NCBI GenBank assembly: GCA_035708065.1
Contig: DASSTC010000043.1
Span: 2,076-66,075 of the forward strand
Origin: Candidatus Limnocylindria bacterium
Lineage (GTDB): Bacteria; Chloroflexota; Limnocylindria; QHBO01
DNA length: 64,000 bases
Direction of reading: 5' to 3'
Positions 1 to 8,508 of the stretch are shown piece after piece. The notes under the pieces were generated by a model. It was not told the DNA's origin. It ran no database searches and saw nothing but the letters and a program-made list of their open reading frames with translations. Within the stretch, counting starts at the first letter, position 1. Each line of letters opens with the position of its first letter. A program made the position numbers and the translations under genes.

Positions 1-699
1 GTCATGCGCCCGAACCCGTCGTGGGAGCACGTGTATGCCCTGGCGTTCGAGGAATTCGGCATCGGCGTCACGGCCGAGCAGCTGCGACCCGCCCTGCGCA
101 AGGCCTATCACCACGGCGGGTGGGGCTTCGAGGGCGGCTTCGAGCCAACCGAGGAGACGAGCTTCCGCCGCACGGTCGAGATCGACCAGATGGCGATTGC
201 CGAGCTCGGAGTCGGACCGATGCCTGATGCCTTCTTCCGCCGGCTCTCCGAGCTCTTCACCGTCACGAGCAACTGGCATGTCTTCCCCGATTCGCTTCGG
301 GTGCTGGAGGAGCTCCACGCGCGGGAGCTGGTCGTCGGCGCGGTGAGCAACTGGGTTTGGACCCTTCCCGAGCTGCTGCACTCGCTCGAGCTCGCCAGCC
401 AGTTCGACTTCCTGGCGGTGAGCTCGCACGTCGGGTTCGAGAAGCCGCACCCACGAATCTTCGAATGGGCGCTCGAGCGGGCGCGCGTGCCGGCCGATAC
501 GGTGATCCACGTCGGCGACCACCTCGATGCCGACGTGCGTGGCGCCGAGGCCGTGGGGATCAGTGGCGTGCTGATCGATCGCGTCGGGCGCTATGCGGCG
601 GACGACCTGCCCGGCGACGTCACGGTGATTCGCTCACTCGACGAGCTGCTGCCCATCGTCGATGAGCGCCTCGACACCGAGGACCGCCTGGCCGGATGA
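1..699 (+). CDS. HAD-superfamily hydrolase, 5'-truncated by the window edge
   Basis: The frame is open to base 1. HAD motifs II-IV are visible (GAVSNW, FEKPHPRIF, VGDHLDADVRGA). No N-terminal DxDxT motif is present, so the true start lies upstream. Confidence 0.7.
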   Translation, partial: VMRPNPSWEHVYALAFEEFGIGVTAEQLRPALRKAYHHGGWGFEGGFEPTEETSFRRTVEIDQMAIAELGVGPMPDAFFRRLSELFTVTSNWHVFPDSLRVLEELHARELVVGAVSNWVWTLPELLHSLELASQFDFLAVSSHVGFEKPHPRIFEWALERARVPADTVIHVGDHLDADVRGAEAVGISGVLIDRVGRYAADDLPGDVTVIRSLDELLPIVDERLDTEDRLAG

Positions 700-1262
700 C
701 CTCCTCGCGCGAGGAGATGTGGCGCCTGTTCGTCGCGATCCCGCTCAATGATGAGGTGCGCACGGCGGCCACAGCGAGTGCAACTCTGCTTCAGGCGAGG
801 CTCGGTCGTGACGGCTGGCGCTGGGTTGACCCCGAGATGTTTCATCTGACGCTCGCGTTTCTCGGCAACGTGCCCAGCTCGTCGGCCGCCGACCTGGCTC
901 GTCGCCTCGAGACCGTTGCGACTCCTGCCTCCGAGGTCATCGCACGGTGCGGCGGCGTTGGCGCGTTCCCTTCAGGAGCTCGCGCGCGGGTGGTGTGGTA
1001 CGGCGTCAGTGATGGGGGTGGTGAGATTCGATCCTTGGCTGCACGCGTCAAGGGTTTGCTGGGAGCCGCTGACGAAGCGGCGTTTCGCCCGCATATCACG
1101 CTTGCACGGCTGAAATCACACGGTACGGTCGACGTACGAGGCGGCCTCGACCTGGCGGTGCCAAGGTCACGCCTGCTCGTGCGGTCGCTCGTGTTGTACC
1201 GGAGTACGTCGCAGTTCCGCCGCACGCGGCACGAACCAATTGCGGTACAGCCGCTCGCCTGA
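696..1262 (+). CDS. thpR: RNA 2',3'-cyclic phosphodiesterase (2H phosphoesterase, LigT/ThpR family)
   Basis: Two HxT/S motifs are present (FHLTLAFLG and RPHITLARL) in a protein of about 188 aa. The start overlaps the upstream gene's stop (ATGA). Confidence 0.8.
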   Translation: MTSSREEMWRLFVAIPLNDEVRTAATASATLLQARLGRDGWRWVDPEMFHLTLAFLGNVPSSSAADLARRLETVATPASEVIARCGGVGAFPSGARARVVWYGVSDGGGEIRSLAARVKGLLGAADEAAFRPHITLARLKSHGTVDVRGGLDLAVPRSRLLVRSLVLYRSTSQFRRTRHEPIAVQPLA

Positions 1263-1288
1263 TCGACGCTCGCTCGGGTAATTTCAGC

Positions 1289-2905
1289 TCAGTGCACGAG
1301 ACCCTGTTGCGTGAGCTTGTACAACTTCGCCGGGTCGTACGGCATACACAGGTCACCGGTTCCGCCGATGTCCCAGGTCCAGGAGATGATCTGAACCGCA
1401 GCTATCTGCGTGGATGCAGCATCGCAGTTCGTCACCACGTTTCCGGTGAGATCGACGTGAGCTGTCGGAGCGTAGATCGTGCCCGAGATGTTGAGCACGG
1501 TCCCGCCCTCAATGTCGATGCACGCTGAGGTTGCGCAGCTTGGTGTGCCGCCGCCGGTATACGCGGGCATGCTTCCGAACCGGTCATACCAGATCACCAT
1601 GCCGCCGTACGGGCAGCCGCCAGTTGTCGTCACCGGAGGACAGGGCTGGTCGGGGAGAAGGCCAGCGAGCTTGAGGATCGAACTGGCGGTGAGGTCGATG
1701 TTCCCCTGGCACTTCGACGCTCCGGCGGCGGGACAGCTCGCCGCGTACGTCGGATTGTCGGTGTTGTAGATCAGGACCGGCGCCGGCGCGGAACCGCCGG
1801 CGAGCGAGTCGAGGGAACCAGTGGAGCCGATCGTGATGCCACCACCCGCGATCACGTAGATGCCGGGTTTCAGCGACACGCGCACCTTCGCACCGATGTT
1901 CCATCCGCCGTAATAGATGCCTGGCTGCAGCTCGATGCAATCGAAGCCGGATGGAAGCCCCGGGCAAGCCGATGCGGCTGACGGCGTCCACGGGATCCGG
2001 CCCCCGCCCTGCCCGCATCCTTTCGACGAGCTCGCCATCGTCGGGGTACCACCGGCTCCGCATGTGGCTCCTGGAAGCGATGTATCCCACGGCGGAAAGT
2101 GAAGTCCGGCGAGCGGATCGCCGAGCTGGCGTGCCGCCTCGTCGAGGCTGCCACCCGGCGTCGGCTGAGATGCCGGTCCGGAGCAACCGCCATGCACGTT
2201 GGTCTTCGGCGCCGACAGGACGGCGCCACCATCGATGATCAGGCCGCCCGTAGAGGACGTCGTGCACGTCTCGTCGGACGTCTGGTTCCCGCAGTCCGAG
2301 TTCACCTGGACGTATCCGCCTGGTCCGGTGTAGCCAGGGACCGGGTAGATCTGGATTGTCGACGAGCCTCGGACGCGAGCTGACGCGCAGCCGGTTGGAC
2401 GCAAAGCGACAAGCGAGTTGCTATTGGTGTTGCCGCGTTGTCGCGCCGCCACCGCCTGCGTGGTAACCGATTCGAAGCTCTTGCCCCAGATCCGGGAGAA
2501 AAAGGCGTCGTGACGGGCGGTGATCTTGACCTGCACGAAGCCGGGGAGCCCGACGTAGTCGCCGGCATCGGCGTCGGGCGGGTAGTTGACCTCCATCGAA
2601 GTTCCCGCTGCGTCCGCGGCGCAGTTGGTGTTGGCCGCGTCAAAGAACCCGTTCTCCAGCGCGTAATGACAGGCAGCCATCCATCCTTGCGTGGAGTCGA
2701 AGGTCTGAAGGTGCGTCAGCGGGTCTTCGTCGCTGATAAACCTGGCCGCAGCAAGGGCTGCGGGATCGGCGGCGTTCTGCTCCTGGCGCCGCAACATCCA
2801 TGAGAAGCCGAGATCCACGACGACTGCCGAGATCGCGAGAAGGACCGTCATCGCAAACGCCACGATGAGCAGGACCTGGCCGCGTTGATCTCTGGCTGAT
2901 GTCAT
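1289..2905 (-). CDS. TadG-like pilus-assembly / pseudopilin-like protein, Cys-rich
   Basis: The N-terminus QRGQVLLIVAFAMTVLLAISAVVVDLG is Tad/TadG-like. The C-terminal part is rich in Gly, Thr and Cys and ends in GTIYAPTAHVDLTGN. The start overlaps the upstream TadE-like gene's stop (ATGA). Confidence 0.7.
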   Translation of the reverse strand: MTSARDQRGQVLLIVAFAMTVLLAISAVVVDLGFSWMLRRQEQNAADPAALAAARFISDEDPLTHLQTFDSTQGWMAACHYALENGFFDAANTNCAADAAGTSMEVNYPPDADAGDYVGLPGFVQVKITARHDAFFSRIWGKSFESVTTQAVAARQRGNTNSNSLVALRPTGCASARVRGSSTIQIYPVPGYTGPGGYVQVNSDCGNQTSDETCTTSSTGGLIIDGGAVLSAPKTNVHGGCSGPASQPTPGGSLDEAARQLGDPLAGLHFPPWDTSLPGATCGAGGTPTMASSSKGCGQGGGRIPWTPSAASACPGLPSGFDCIELQPGIYYGGWNIGAKVRVSLKPGIYVIAGGGITIGSTGSLDSLAGGSAPAPVLIYNTDNPTYAASCPAAGASKCQGNIDLTASSILKLAGLLPDQPCPPVTTTGGCPYGGMVIWYDRFGSMPAYTGGGTPSCATSACIDIEGGTVLNISGTIYAPTAHVDLTGNVVTNCDAASTQIAAVQIISWTWDIGGTGDLCMPYDPAKLYKLTQQGLVH

Positions 2906-3666
2906 TGCTGATACTCCATCGCTTGATTGACCACGGCGGAGAGCGAGATCTCATCCGGGATGAGCAGGAATCCGGCAAGGGGCGGTCGCCAGCCGTAGCA
3001 GGCGAGGACGGTCACCTGGTTCGAGTTCACGTCGCCCGATCCCGCAAAGTCGCTAGCCATGTCATTGGTCGCATCGGTCTTTGGGAAGTCCTTGGAGCAA
3101 TCGATGCGCACCACCTGGGAGCTCCCCGTGCACGCCGGGTCTTCGCCGGTACGCGGGTTGATGGTGTGAACCGTCGACGCGCCACCCACGCCCATGCACC
3201 AGCCGTACACCGGCACGGTGCACTCGCGGAACGTGTTTCGCAGGTGGGTCGCAGGGTCGATCGCCACCTGGTCGTAGGTGCCCCAGTTGCCGCTCGTGTC
3301 CTTCGTCCAGTAGCCCGACCAGCACGCGGTCATTCGGATTCGATCGCTGCTCATGGCGAACAGGCTTCCTTTCAGATGCGCCCGCATCAGCGGCCATCCG
3401 TTGGCTGGTGCGTCGCAGGCAAAGTAGCTGTTCGGCGCGGGGAGCAGTGAGTTGTCCGGTGCGAGATTGGACACTGTCGGGCACTGCGACGTCGCGCTGT
3501 GCACCGATGCATAGCGAGCGGCCTCGCGTGCGCCGTTCGCGATCTGCTGCTGGTAGAAGATGCCGATGCCAAGCACGATGATTCCGATCAGCACCATCAG
3601 GAGCAGCGGCAGCACCAGCGCGAGCTCAACGAGTGCCTGTCCACGCTCGCCACGTGGCGTCAGCAC
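2902..3666 (-). CDS. TadE-like protein (minor pilin / pseudopilin-like)
   Basis: ERGQALVELALVLPLLLMVLIGIIVLG is a TadE-type N-terminus. I chose the GTG at 3666, which overlaps the upstream stop (GTGCTGA). The ORF track's ATG at 3798 would overlap the upstream gene by 139 nt. Confidence 0.7.
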   Translation of the reverse strand: MLTPRGERGQALVELALVLPLLLMVLIGIIVLGIGIFYQQQIANGAREAARYASVHSATSQCPTVSNLAPDNSLLPAPNSYFACDAPANGWPLMRAHLKGSLFAMSSDRIRMTACWSGYWTKDTSGNWGTYDQVAIDPATHLRNTFRECTVPVYGWCMGVGGASTVHTINPRTGEDPACTGSSQVVRIDCSKDFPKTDATNDMASDFAGSGDVNSNQVTVLACYGWRPPLAGFLLIPDEISLSAVVNQAMEYQQ

Positions 3667-4340
3667 GTGCTCACCTGACCCGGTGGGCAGTCGACGGCGA
3701 ACTCGCGGGCGCGCTGCAGCCAGATCTCGCCGAGTGACAGCCCCCAATTGAACGGAAGCGCGACGTCGAGGTTGAAGAGCGTCGTGAACCGGTAGCACAT
3801 GCGAACTTCAACGGTGTGGCTCGCCGGTTCTCCCGGAGACGCGTTGTCGGGGTGATCGGCCATATCGGCCACCCCGGAACATTGGGAAGGGATCGACGAA
3901 CCAAAGCCGGGGACCGGCTTTCCGCACTGCGGATCCTGTCCATCATGGACGCAGACCCGGACGACTGGCATCGACGTGCAGGTCCCGTCGCTGGCGAAGG
4001 TCGTGTTCGCAAGTACCTTCGCCTCACTGCACGCGGCGAGCGCCGCAACCCGATGCAGGTCGTCGTAATACCCGACCTCGGTCGAATCGCCGGGCACCGG
4101 AGGATGGTTACGAAGGCGCTCGATGGCGCCTGCCTCAGCGCCTCCGCGCGTCGCCGCTTCAATGGTGATGCTCGCCTGGAAGACTCTTCCGAAGTCGGCG
4201 ATGCCGAGCAGCAGCACAAGAAGCATCGGAAGCACGAGGGCGAACTCCACGAGCGATTGCCCTCGACGAGAAGCCGAGAGCGGAGACATAGCTAGGCCGG
4301 TGGAGGCGGCCCGCCGGGGTCGCCGAAGAAGGTTGGGCAC
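3660..4340 (-). CDS. TadE-like protein (minor pilin / pseudopilin-like)
   Basis: RRGQSLVEFALVLPMLLVLLLGIADFG is a TadE-type N-terminus. The start is GTG at 4340, with an alternative ATG at 4289. Confidence 0.7.
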   Translation of the reverse strand: MPNLLRRPRRAASTGLAMSPLSASRRGQSLVEFALVLPMLLVLLLGIADFGRVFQASITIEAATRGGAEAGAIERLRNHPPVPGDSTEVGYYDDLHRVAALAACSEAKVLANTTFASDGTCTSMPVVRVCVHDGQDPQCGKPVPGFGSSIPSQCSGVADMADHPDNASPGEPASHTVEVRMCYRFTTLFNLDVALPFNWGLSLGEIWLQRAREFAVDCPPGQVSTC

Positions 4341-4591
4341 GATCCTGGTCTGCCGGCGTATCGGTCTCTCGGATCACCGAGGATGCCGGCGAAGCCCCCT
4401 TGCTCTGATGTTGTCGATGAACTGATCGGTACCGTAGTACCGGGTCCGCACCGTGACTATCGTTCCGGGCGGCTTTCGGTGACGCGGGGCAACGTCGCGG
4501 AACACTTCTGGCGGTCCGGTGCAGTCCGGTGATGACGACCGTACGCCGCGCACCTTGCCGATGACCTTGCAGGCACGCCGCGGCGAGGCGC

Positions 4592-4597
4592 TACGCT
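4592..4597 (+). promoter_or_regulatory. -10-like hexamer TACGCT, 6 nt before ATG 4604 (leaderless-type)
   Basis: The hexamer was read directly. No Shine-Dalgarno sequence lies between it and the start. Confidence 0.4.
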
Positions 4598-4603
4598 GGG
4601 CCG

Positions 4604-5197
4604 ATGGTCGAACGGGTCCTGGCCCTTCCCCGCGACGCAGTCCCCGGCGGGACGGCATTCCACGGCATCAAAGCGGCGGACGACGCGACGCTCGCCGACC
4701 TGCGTCGCGCCGTCCGCGAGACAGGCCGCTTCCTGAACCGGCCGGACGCCGAGGACGACCCGACCCACAAGCAGCTGATTCCGTACGTCGTCGTACGCGA
4801 CGGGGAGCGCACCTTCCTGACCGAACGCACGACAGCGGGTGGAGATTCGCGGCTGCACGGCAAGGCGAGCATCGGGGTAGGTGGGCATCTCAATCCGGTC
4901 GACGAAGGCGAGAATCCGCTCGACGACGGCCTGCGACGCGAATGGTCCGAGGAGCTGGATGCCGACTGGGAGCCCGAGTTCGAGCTCATCGGGCTGCTGA
5001 ATGACGAGAGCAACCCGGTCGGCGCCGTCCATCTCGGAATCGTGTTCAGCGTGGACGCGCGCGGTCGTTCGGTCGCGGTGCGCGAGCACGAGAAGCTCAC
5101 CGGCCGGTGGGCGACGCCTGACGAGGTGTACGCGGCCTGGGATCGCATGGAGACCTGGTCGCAGCTGGTCGCCGAGCAGCTCTTCGACCGAGCCTGA
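4604..5197 (+). CDS. Nudix-like (MutT-family) predicted phosphoesterase
   Basis: HKQLIPYVVV is followed by a degenerate Nudix box, GGHLNPVDEGENPLDDGLRREWSEEL. A TACGCT hexamer lies 6 nt before the ATG. Confidence 0.55.
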   Translation: MVERVLALPRDAVPGGTAFHGIKAADDATLADLRRAVRETGRFLNRPDAEDDPTHKQLIPYVVVRDGERTFLTERTTAGGDSRLHGKASIGVGGHLNPVDEGENPLDDGLRREWSEELDADWEPEFELIGLLNDESNPVGAVHLGIVFSVDARGRSVAVREHEKLTGRWATPDEVYAAWDRMETWSQLVAEQLFDRA

Positions 5198-5222
5198 AAA
5201 CGCGGTAGGCGAGCGCTTGGGT

Positions 5223-5228
5223 CATACT
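5223..5228 (+). promoter_or_regulatory. -10-like hexamer CATACT, 6 nt before ATG 5235 (leaderless-type)
   Basis: The hexamer was read directly, and no Shine-Dalgarno sequence is present. Confidence 0.4.
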
Positions 5229-5234
5229 CAGCCC

Positions 5235-6620
5235 ATGATCCGGCCCGTTCGGCGTCTGGTCTCCGTGGCGGCGCTGGTTCTTGGCTTGGCCGCGCTCGTC
5301 GCTCCGGCCGGTGCCGCAACCGATGGGCACGTCACCCGGCTGCACCTGGCCGGCACGATCGACCAGTTCAACGCCGTCTACATTGAAGAGGGGATCAAGG
5401 CGGCGGCGGCGAGCAACGCCCTCGCGGTGCTGATCCAGATCGACTCGCCCGGCGGCGACCTGGAGAGCACCCGCAAGATGGTGCAGGCAATCCTGGCGAG
5501 CCCCATCCCGGTCATCACCTGGGTCGCGCCGGAGGGTGCCCGAGCCGGCAGCGCAGCGACCTTCATCACGCTTGCCGGCGACGTCGCCGCCATGGCGCCC
5601 AACACGAACATCGGCGCGGCGTCGGTCGTCGGTGGTTCGGGCGAGGACCTGCCCTCGACGCTCGAGCGCAAGGTGACGAACGACGCCGTGGCGCAGATCC
5701 GTCAGCTGGCCGATCGCCAGGCGCGCAACGCCGACTGGGCGGAATCGGCGGTTCGAGATGCCGCGAGCATCAGCGCAGCCGATGCGGCGGCGATGAAGCC
5801 ACCGGTCGTCGACTTCGTCGCCGCCGACGAGCAGCAGCTGTTCGCGGAGATCGACCAGGGACGACGCGCTGACGGCCACGCCTATCGGTTCAACGACGGG
5901 CCGCTACCCTCGCTGGAAGGCGTCGGGGTGCAGGACGCGAACATGAACTTCGCGCAGTCGTTCCTGCACCTGCTCTCGGATCCGAACATCGCCTTCATCC
6001 TGTTCACGATCGGCTTCTATGGGATCCTGGCGGAGCTGTTCCACCCGAACTTCCTGTCGGGAACGCTCGGCGCGATCGCGATCGTGCTCGCCTTCATCGG
6101 TTCGAACAGCCTGCCGCTGAACGTGGGCGGTCTGTTGCTGATCCTGCTGGGCATCGGCCTGTTCGTGCTCGAGCTGAACGTGACGAGCTACGGGCTGCTG
6201 ACGATTGCCGGCATCGTCTCGTTCGTGCTTGGCGCGTTCGCGCTGTACACCGGCGTGGCGCCACCGGGCGAGGAATCTATCGAGGTCAGCGTCAGCCCGG
6301 TCCTCATCATCGGTGCGGTGATCGTCACGCTGGTCTACTTCTATGTCCTGATCCGAGCGCTCCTGCAGATGCGTCGCAAGCACAGCCCGGTGTCGCCGAT
6401 GGCCACGGTGATGGGCAGCGTCGGAACGGCGCAGACGCTCATTGCGCCGACCGGGATCGCCTATGCTGCCGGCGAAGCCTGGTCGGCACGTGCTCGATCG
6501 GGCGACATTCATCCGGGGACTCCCGTCCGCGTGGTGGGGGTCAACGGCCTCGAGCTGATCGTCGAGCCGGCGGGCGCCGGCGAACCGTCCACCACAGAGG
6601 AGAACCCGAGCCATGCCTAA
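5235..6620 (+). CDS. NfeD-family membrane-bound ClpP-class serine protease
   Basis: The N-terminus MIRPVRRLVSVAALVLGLAALVAPAGA is signal-like. A ClpP-like region follows (IDSPGGDLES, GARAGSAATFI), then several TM helices and a C-terminal NfeD OB-like segment (GTPVRVVGVNGLELIVEP). The upstream 78 codons of the tracked ORF were rejected. Confidence 0.85.
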   Translation: MIRPVRRLVSVAALVLGLAALVAPAGAATDGHVTRLHLAGTIDQFNAVYIEEGIKAAAASNALAVLIQIDSPGGDLESTRKMVQAILASPIPVITWVAPEGARAGSAATFITLAGDVAAMAPNTNIGAASVVGGSGEDLPSTLERKVTNDAVAQIRQLADRQARNADWAESAVRDAASISAADAAAMKPPVVDFVAADEQQLFAEIDQGRRADGHAYRFNDGPLPSLEGVGVQDANMNFAQSFLHLLSDPNIAFILFTIGFYGILAELFHPNFLSGTLGAIAIVLAFIGSNSLPLNVGGLLLILLGIGLFVLELNVTSYGLLTIAGIVSFVLGAFALYTGVAPPGEESIEVSVSPVLIIGAVIVTLVYFYVLIRALLQMRRKHSPVSPMATVMGSVGTAQTLIAPTGIAYAAGEAWSARARSGDIHPGTPVRVVGVNGLELIVEPAGAGEPSTTEENPSHA

Positions 6621-7524
6621 CGACGCCGTCGGGCTGATCATCCTGGTCATCGGCCTGGCCATCCTGCTGGTCCTGATCAGCAGCGTCGTGCACATCGTGC
6701 GCGAGTACGAACGCCTGGTCGTCTTCTTCCTGGGCCGCATCCAGGGAGCGCGTGGTCCGGGGATCATCTTCCTGATTCCCTTTATCCAGCAGGCGGTCAA
6801 GGTCGACCTGCGCGAGCGCTTCCTGGAAGTGCCGCAGCAGACCTGCATCACCAAGGACAATGCGCCGATCAGCATCGACTTCCTGGTCTACTCGAAGGTC
6901 TTCGACCCTCAGGAAACCGTCCTGGCGGTTACCGACTTCACCGGAGCCTCGCAGGCACTGGCCGCGACCACGCTGCGAGCCGTCATCGGCGACATCCCGC
7001 TCGACGACGTGCTGGCCAAGCGCGAGGAGATCAACAACGTCCTGCGCACCAAACTCGACGAGGTGACCCATCGCTGGGGCGTGAAGATCACCAGCGTCGA
7101 GATCCGCGAGATCGTGCCGCCCCGCGACATCCAGGAAGCGATGAACCGGCAGATGAGCGCCGAGCGCAACCGCCGCGCGGTGATCACCGAGTCCGAGGGC
7201 GCGCGGCAATCGACGATCAATGTCGCCGAGGGTGACAAGCAGTCGAACATCCTGCGTGCCGAGGGGGAGCGGCAGGCGCAGATCCTTCGCGCCGAGGGCT
7301 TCAGCAATGCGCTGCGCACGATCTTCGCCGCGGCCGAGGGCATCGACGAGAAGACGATGGCTCTCCAGTACCTCGACGCGCTGAAGGTCCTCGGCCAGGG
7401 CGACTCGACGAAGTGGATCCTGCCGATGGAGCTCTCCGAGCTGACGCGGCCGATCACCAGCGCCATGCGCGTGGCGCGTGGGAGCGGCGACGTCGCGGAG
7501 GGCGGCTCCGCCGGCGGCGGCTGA
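6613..7524 (+). CDS. SPFH/band-7 (stomatin/slipin-like) protein
   Basis: The protein has an N-terminal TM helix. EYERLVVFFLGRIQGARGPGIIFLIPFIQQ...ITKDNAPISID is typical of stomatin homologues. The gene overlaps the NfeD gene by 8 nt, the classic NfeD-SPFH pairing. Confidence 0.9.
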   Translation: MPNDAVGLIILVIGLAILLVLISSVVHIVREYERLVVFFLGRIQGARGPGIIFLIPFIQQAVKVDLRERFLEVPQQTCITKDNAPISIDFLVYSKVFDPQETVLAVTDFTGASQALAATTLRAVIGDIPLDDVLAKREEINNVLRTKLDEVTHRWGVKITSVEIREIVPPRDIQEAMNRQMSAERNRRAVITESEGARQSTINVAEGDKQSNILRAEGERQAQILRAEGFSNALRTIFAAAEGIDEKTMALQYLDALKVLGQGDSTKWILPMELSELTRPITSAMRVARGSGDVAEGGSAGGG

Positions 7525-7531
7525 GCGTCGG

Positions 7532-8437
7532 ATGAGCGGGGGAGGGCGGTCGCGCAGCCTGGCGGCCTGGGCCGGCTGGGTGGCCGGCGCGATCACCGCC
7601 GGCTATCTGGGCTACGTGTCGGTTGCCGGGTCACGGCGGCTGGTCCAACCGGAGCGCCGCGCGTTCGAGTCCGAGGACGGCTTGCCGGCCAGTCCGGCCG
7701 AGCTCGGGCTGGCGTACGAGGACGTCCGCTTCACGACCGATGACGGCGTGACGCTCTCCGGCTGGCTGATCCCTGCGGAGAAGCCGACGCGGGCAGCGGT
7801 GATCGTGCTGCACGGCTTCACCGGGCACCGGCTCGCCGAGCTCGCGGCGTTCGTGCCGTGGATTCAGCCGCGCTACCACGTCCTGCAGTTCGATTTCCGC
7901 GGCCACGGCGCGAGTGGCGCGGCCACGATCACGCTGGGCACCCACGAGCGGCTCGACGTCGCTGCTGCGGTCCGATTCCTGGAGGGTCGCGGACTCGGCC
8001 CGATCGCGCTCATCGGGCTGTCAATGGGCGCGTCGGTTGCCATCGTCTCCGCCCCGGACCTGCCGGTCGCCGCCGTCGTGGCCGATGCGGCCTTCGCCGA
8101 CCTGCGCAATCCCGTCGCGAACCGGATGCGCGGCGAGGGCTACCCGCTGGTGCGGCTCGGGGCGTGGATCATCGTGGCGGCGGCCAGCATCCGCGCGCGG
8201 GCGAGGCTGCTGTCGCCCATCGACCGCGTGGCCGGCATCTCACCGCGCGGCCTGCTGCTCATCGCGCCGAAGGAAGACGCGCTCATCGACTGGACGCAGT
8301 CGCTGCGCCTGTACGAAGCGGCCGGCGAGCCGAAGGAGCTCTACGTCGTCGAAGGCGCGGAGCACTCCACGGCGCGCTGGGTGGGAGGCCGGCAGTACGA
8401 ACGGCGGGTTCTTTCCTTCCTGGGGCAGCATCTATAA
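7532..8437 (+). CDS. alpha/beta-fold hydrolase with an N-terminal TM helix
   Basis: VIVLHGFTGHR and the nucleophile elbow GLSMGAS are present. The ATG at 7532 lies 8 nt after the SPFH stop. The tracked start at 7478 overlaps the SPFH gene. Confidence 0.8.
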   Translation: MSGGGRSRSLAAWAGWVAGAITAGYLGYVSVAGSRRLVQPERRAFESEDGLPASPAELGLAYEDVRFTTDDGVTLSGWLIPAEKPTRAAVIVLHGFTGHRLAELAAFVPWIQPRYHVLQFDFRGHGASGAATITLGTHERLDVAAAVRFLEGRGLGPIALIGLSMGASVAIVSAPDLPVAAVVADAAFADLRNPVANRMRGEGYPLVRLGAWIIVAAASIRARARLLSPIDRVAGISPRGLLLIAPKEDALIDWTQSLRLYEAAGEPKELYVVEGAEHSTARWVGGRQYERRVLSFLGQHL

Positions 8438-8438
8438 T
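8433..8438 (+). promoter_or_regulatory. -10-like hexamer TATAAT overlapping the hydrolase stop codon; a leader of about 65 nt runs to ATG 8509
   Basis: This is a perfect TATAAT. The downstream leader carries a GAGGA Shine-Dalgarno sequence. Confidence 0.4.
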
Positions 8439-8508
8439 CGCCCCGCCGTTCCGGTGGTGTCCGCCGTCACCGCCATGGCGCCCGTTTCGCATCGGATAGA
8501 GGACTTGC

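Noticed and set aside
4341-4603. A search for a small Flp-type pilin gene upstream of the TadE-like operon.
   Set aside because: No minus-strand ORF in this region has a hydrophobic pilin-like core or a G/XXXXEY-type processing motif. The only tracked ORF here (4374-4658, minus) is Arg/Pro-rich and has no hydrophobic segment.
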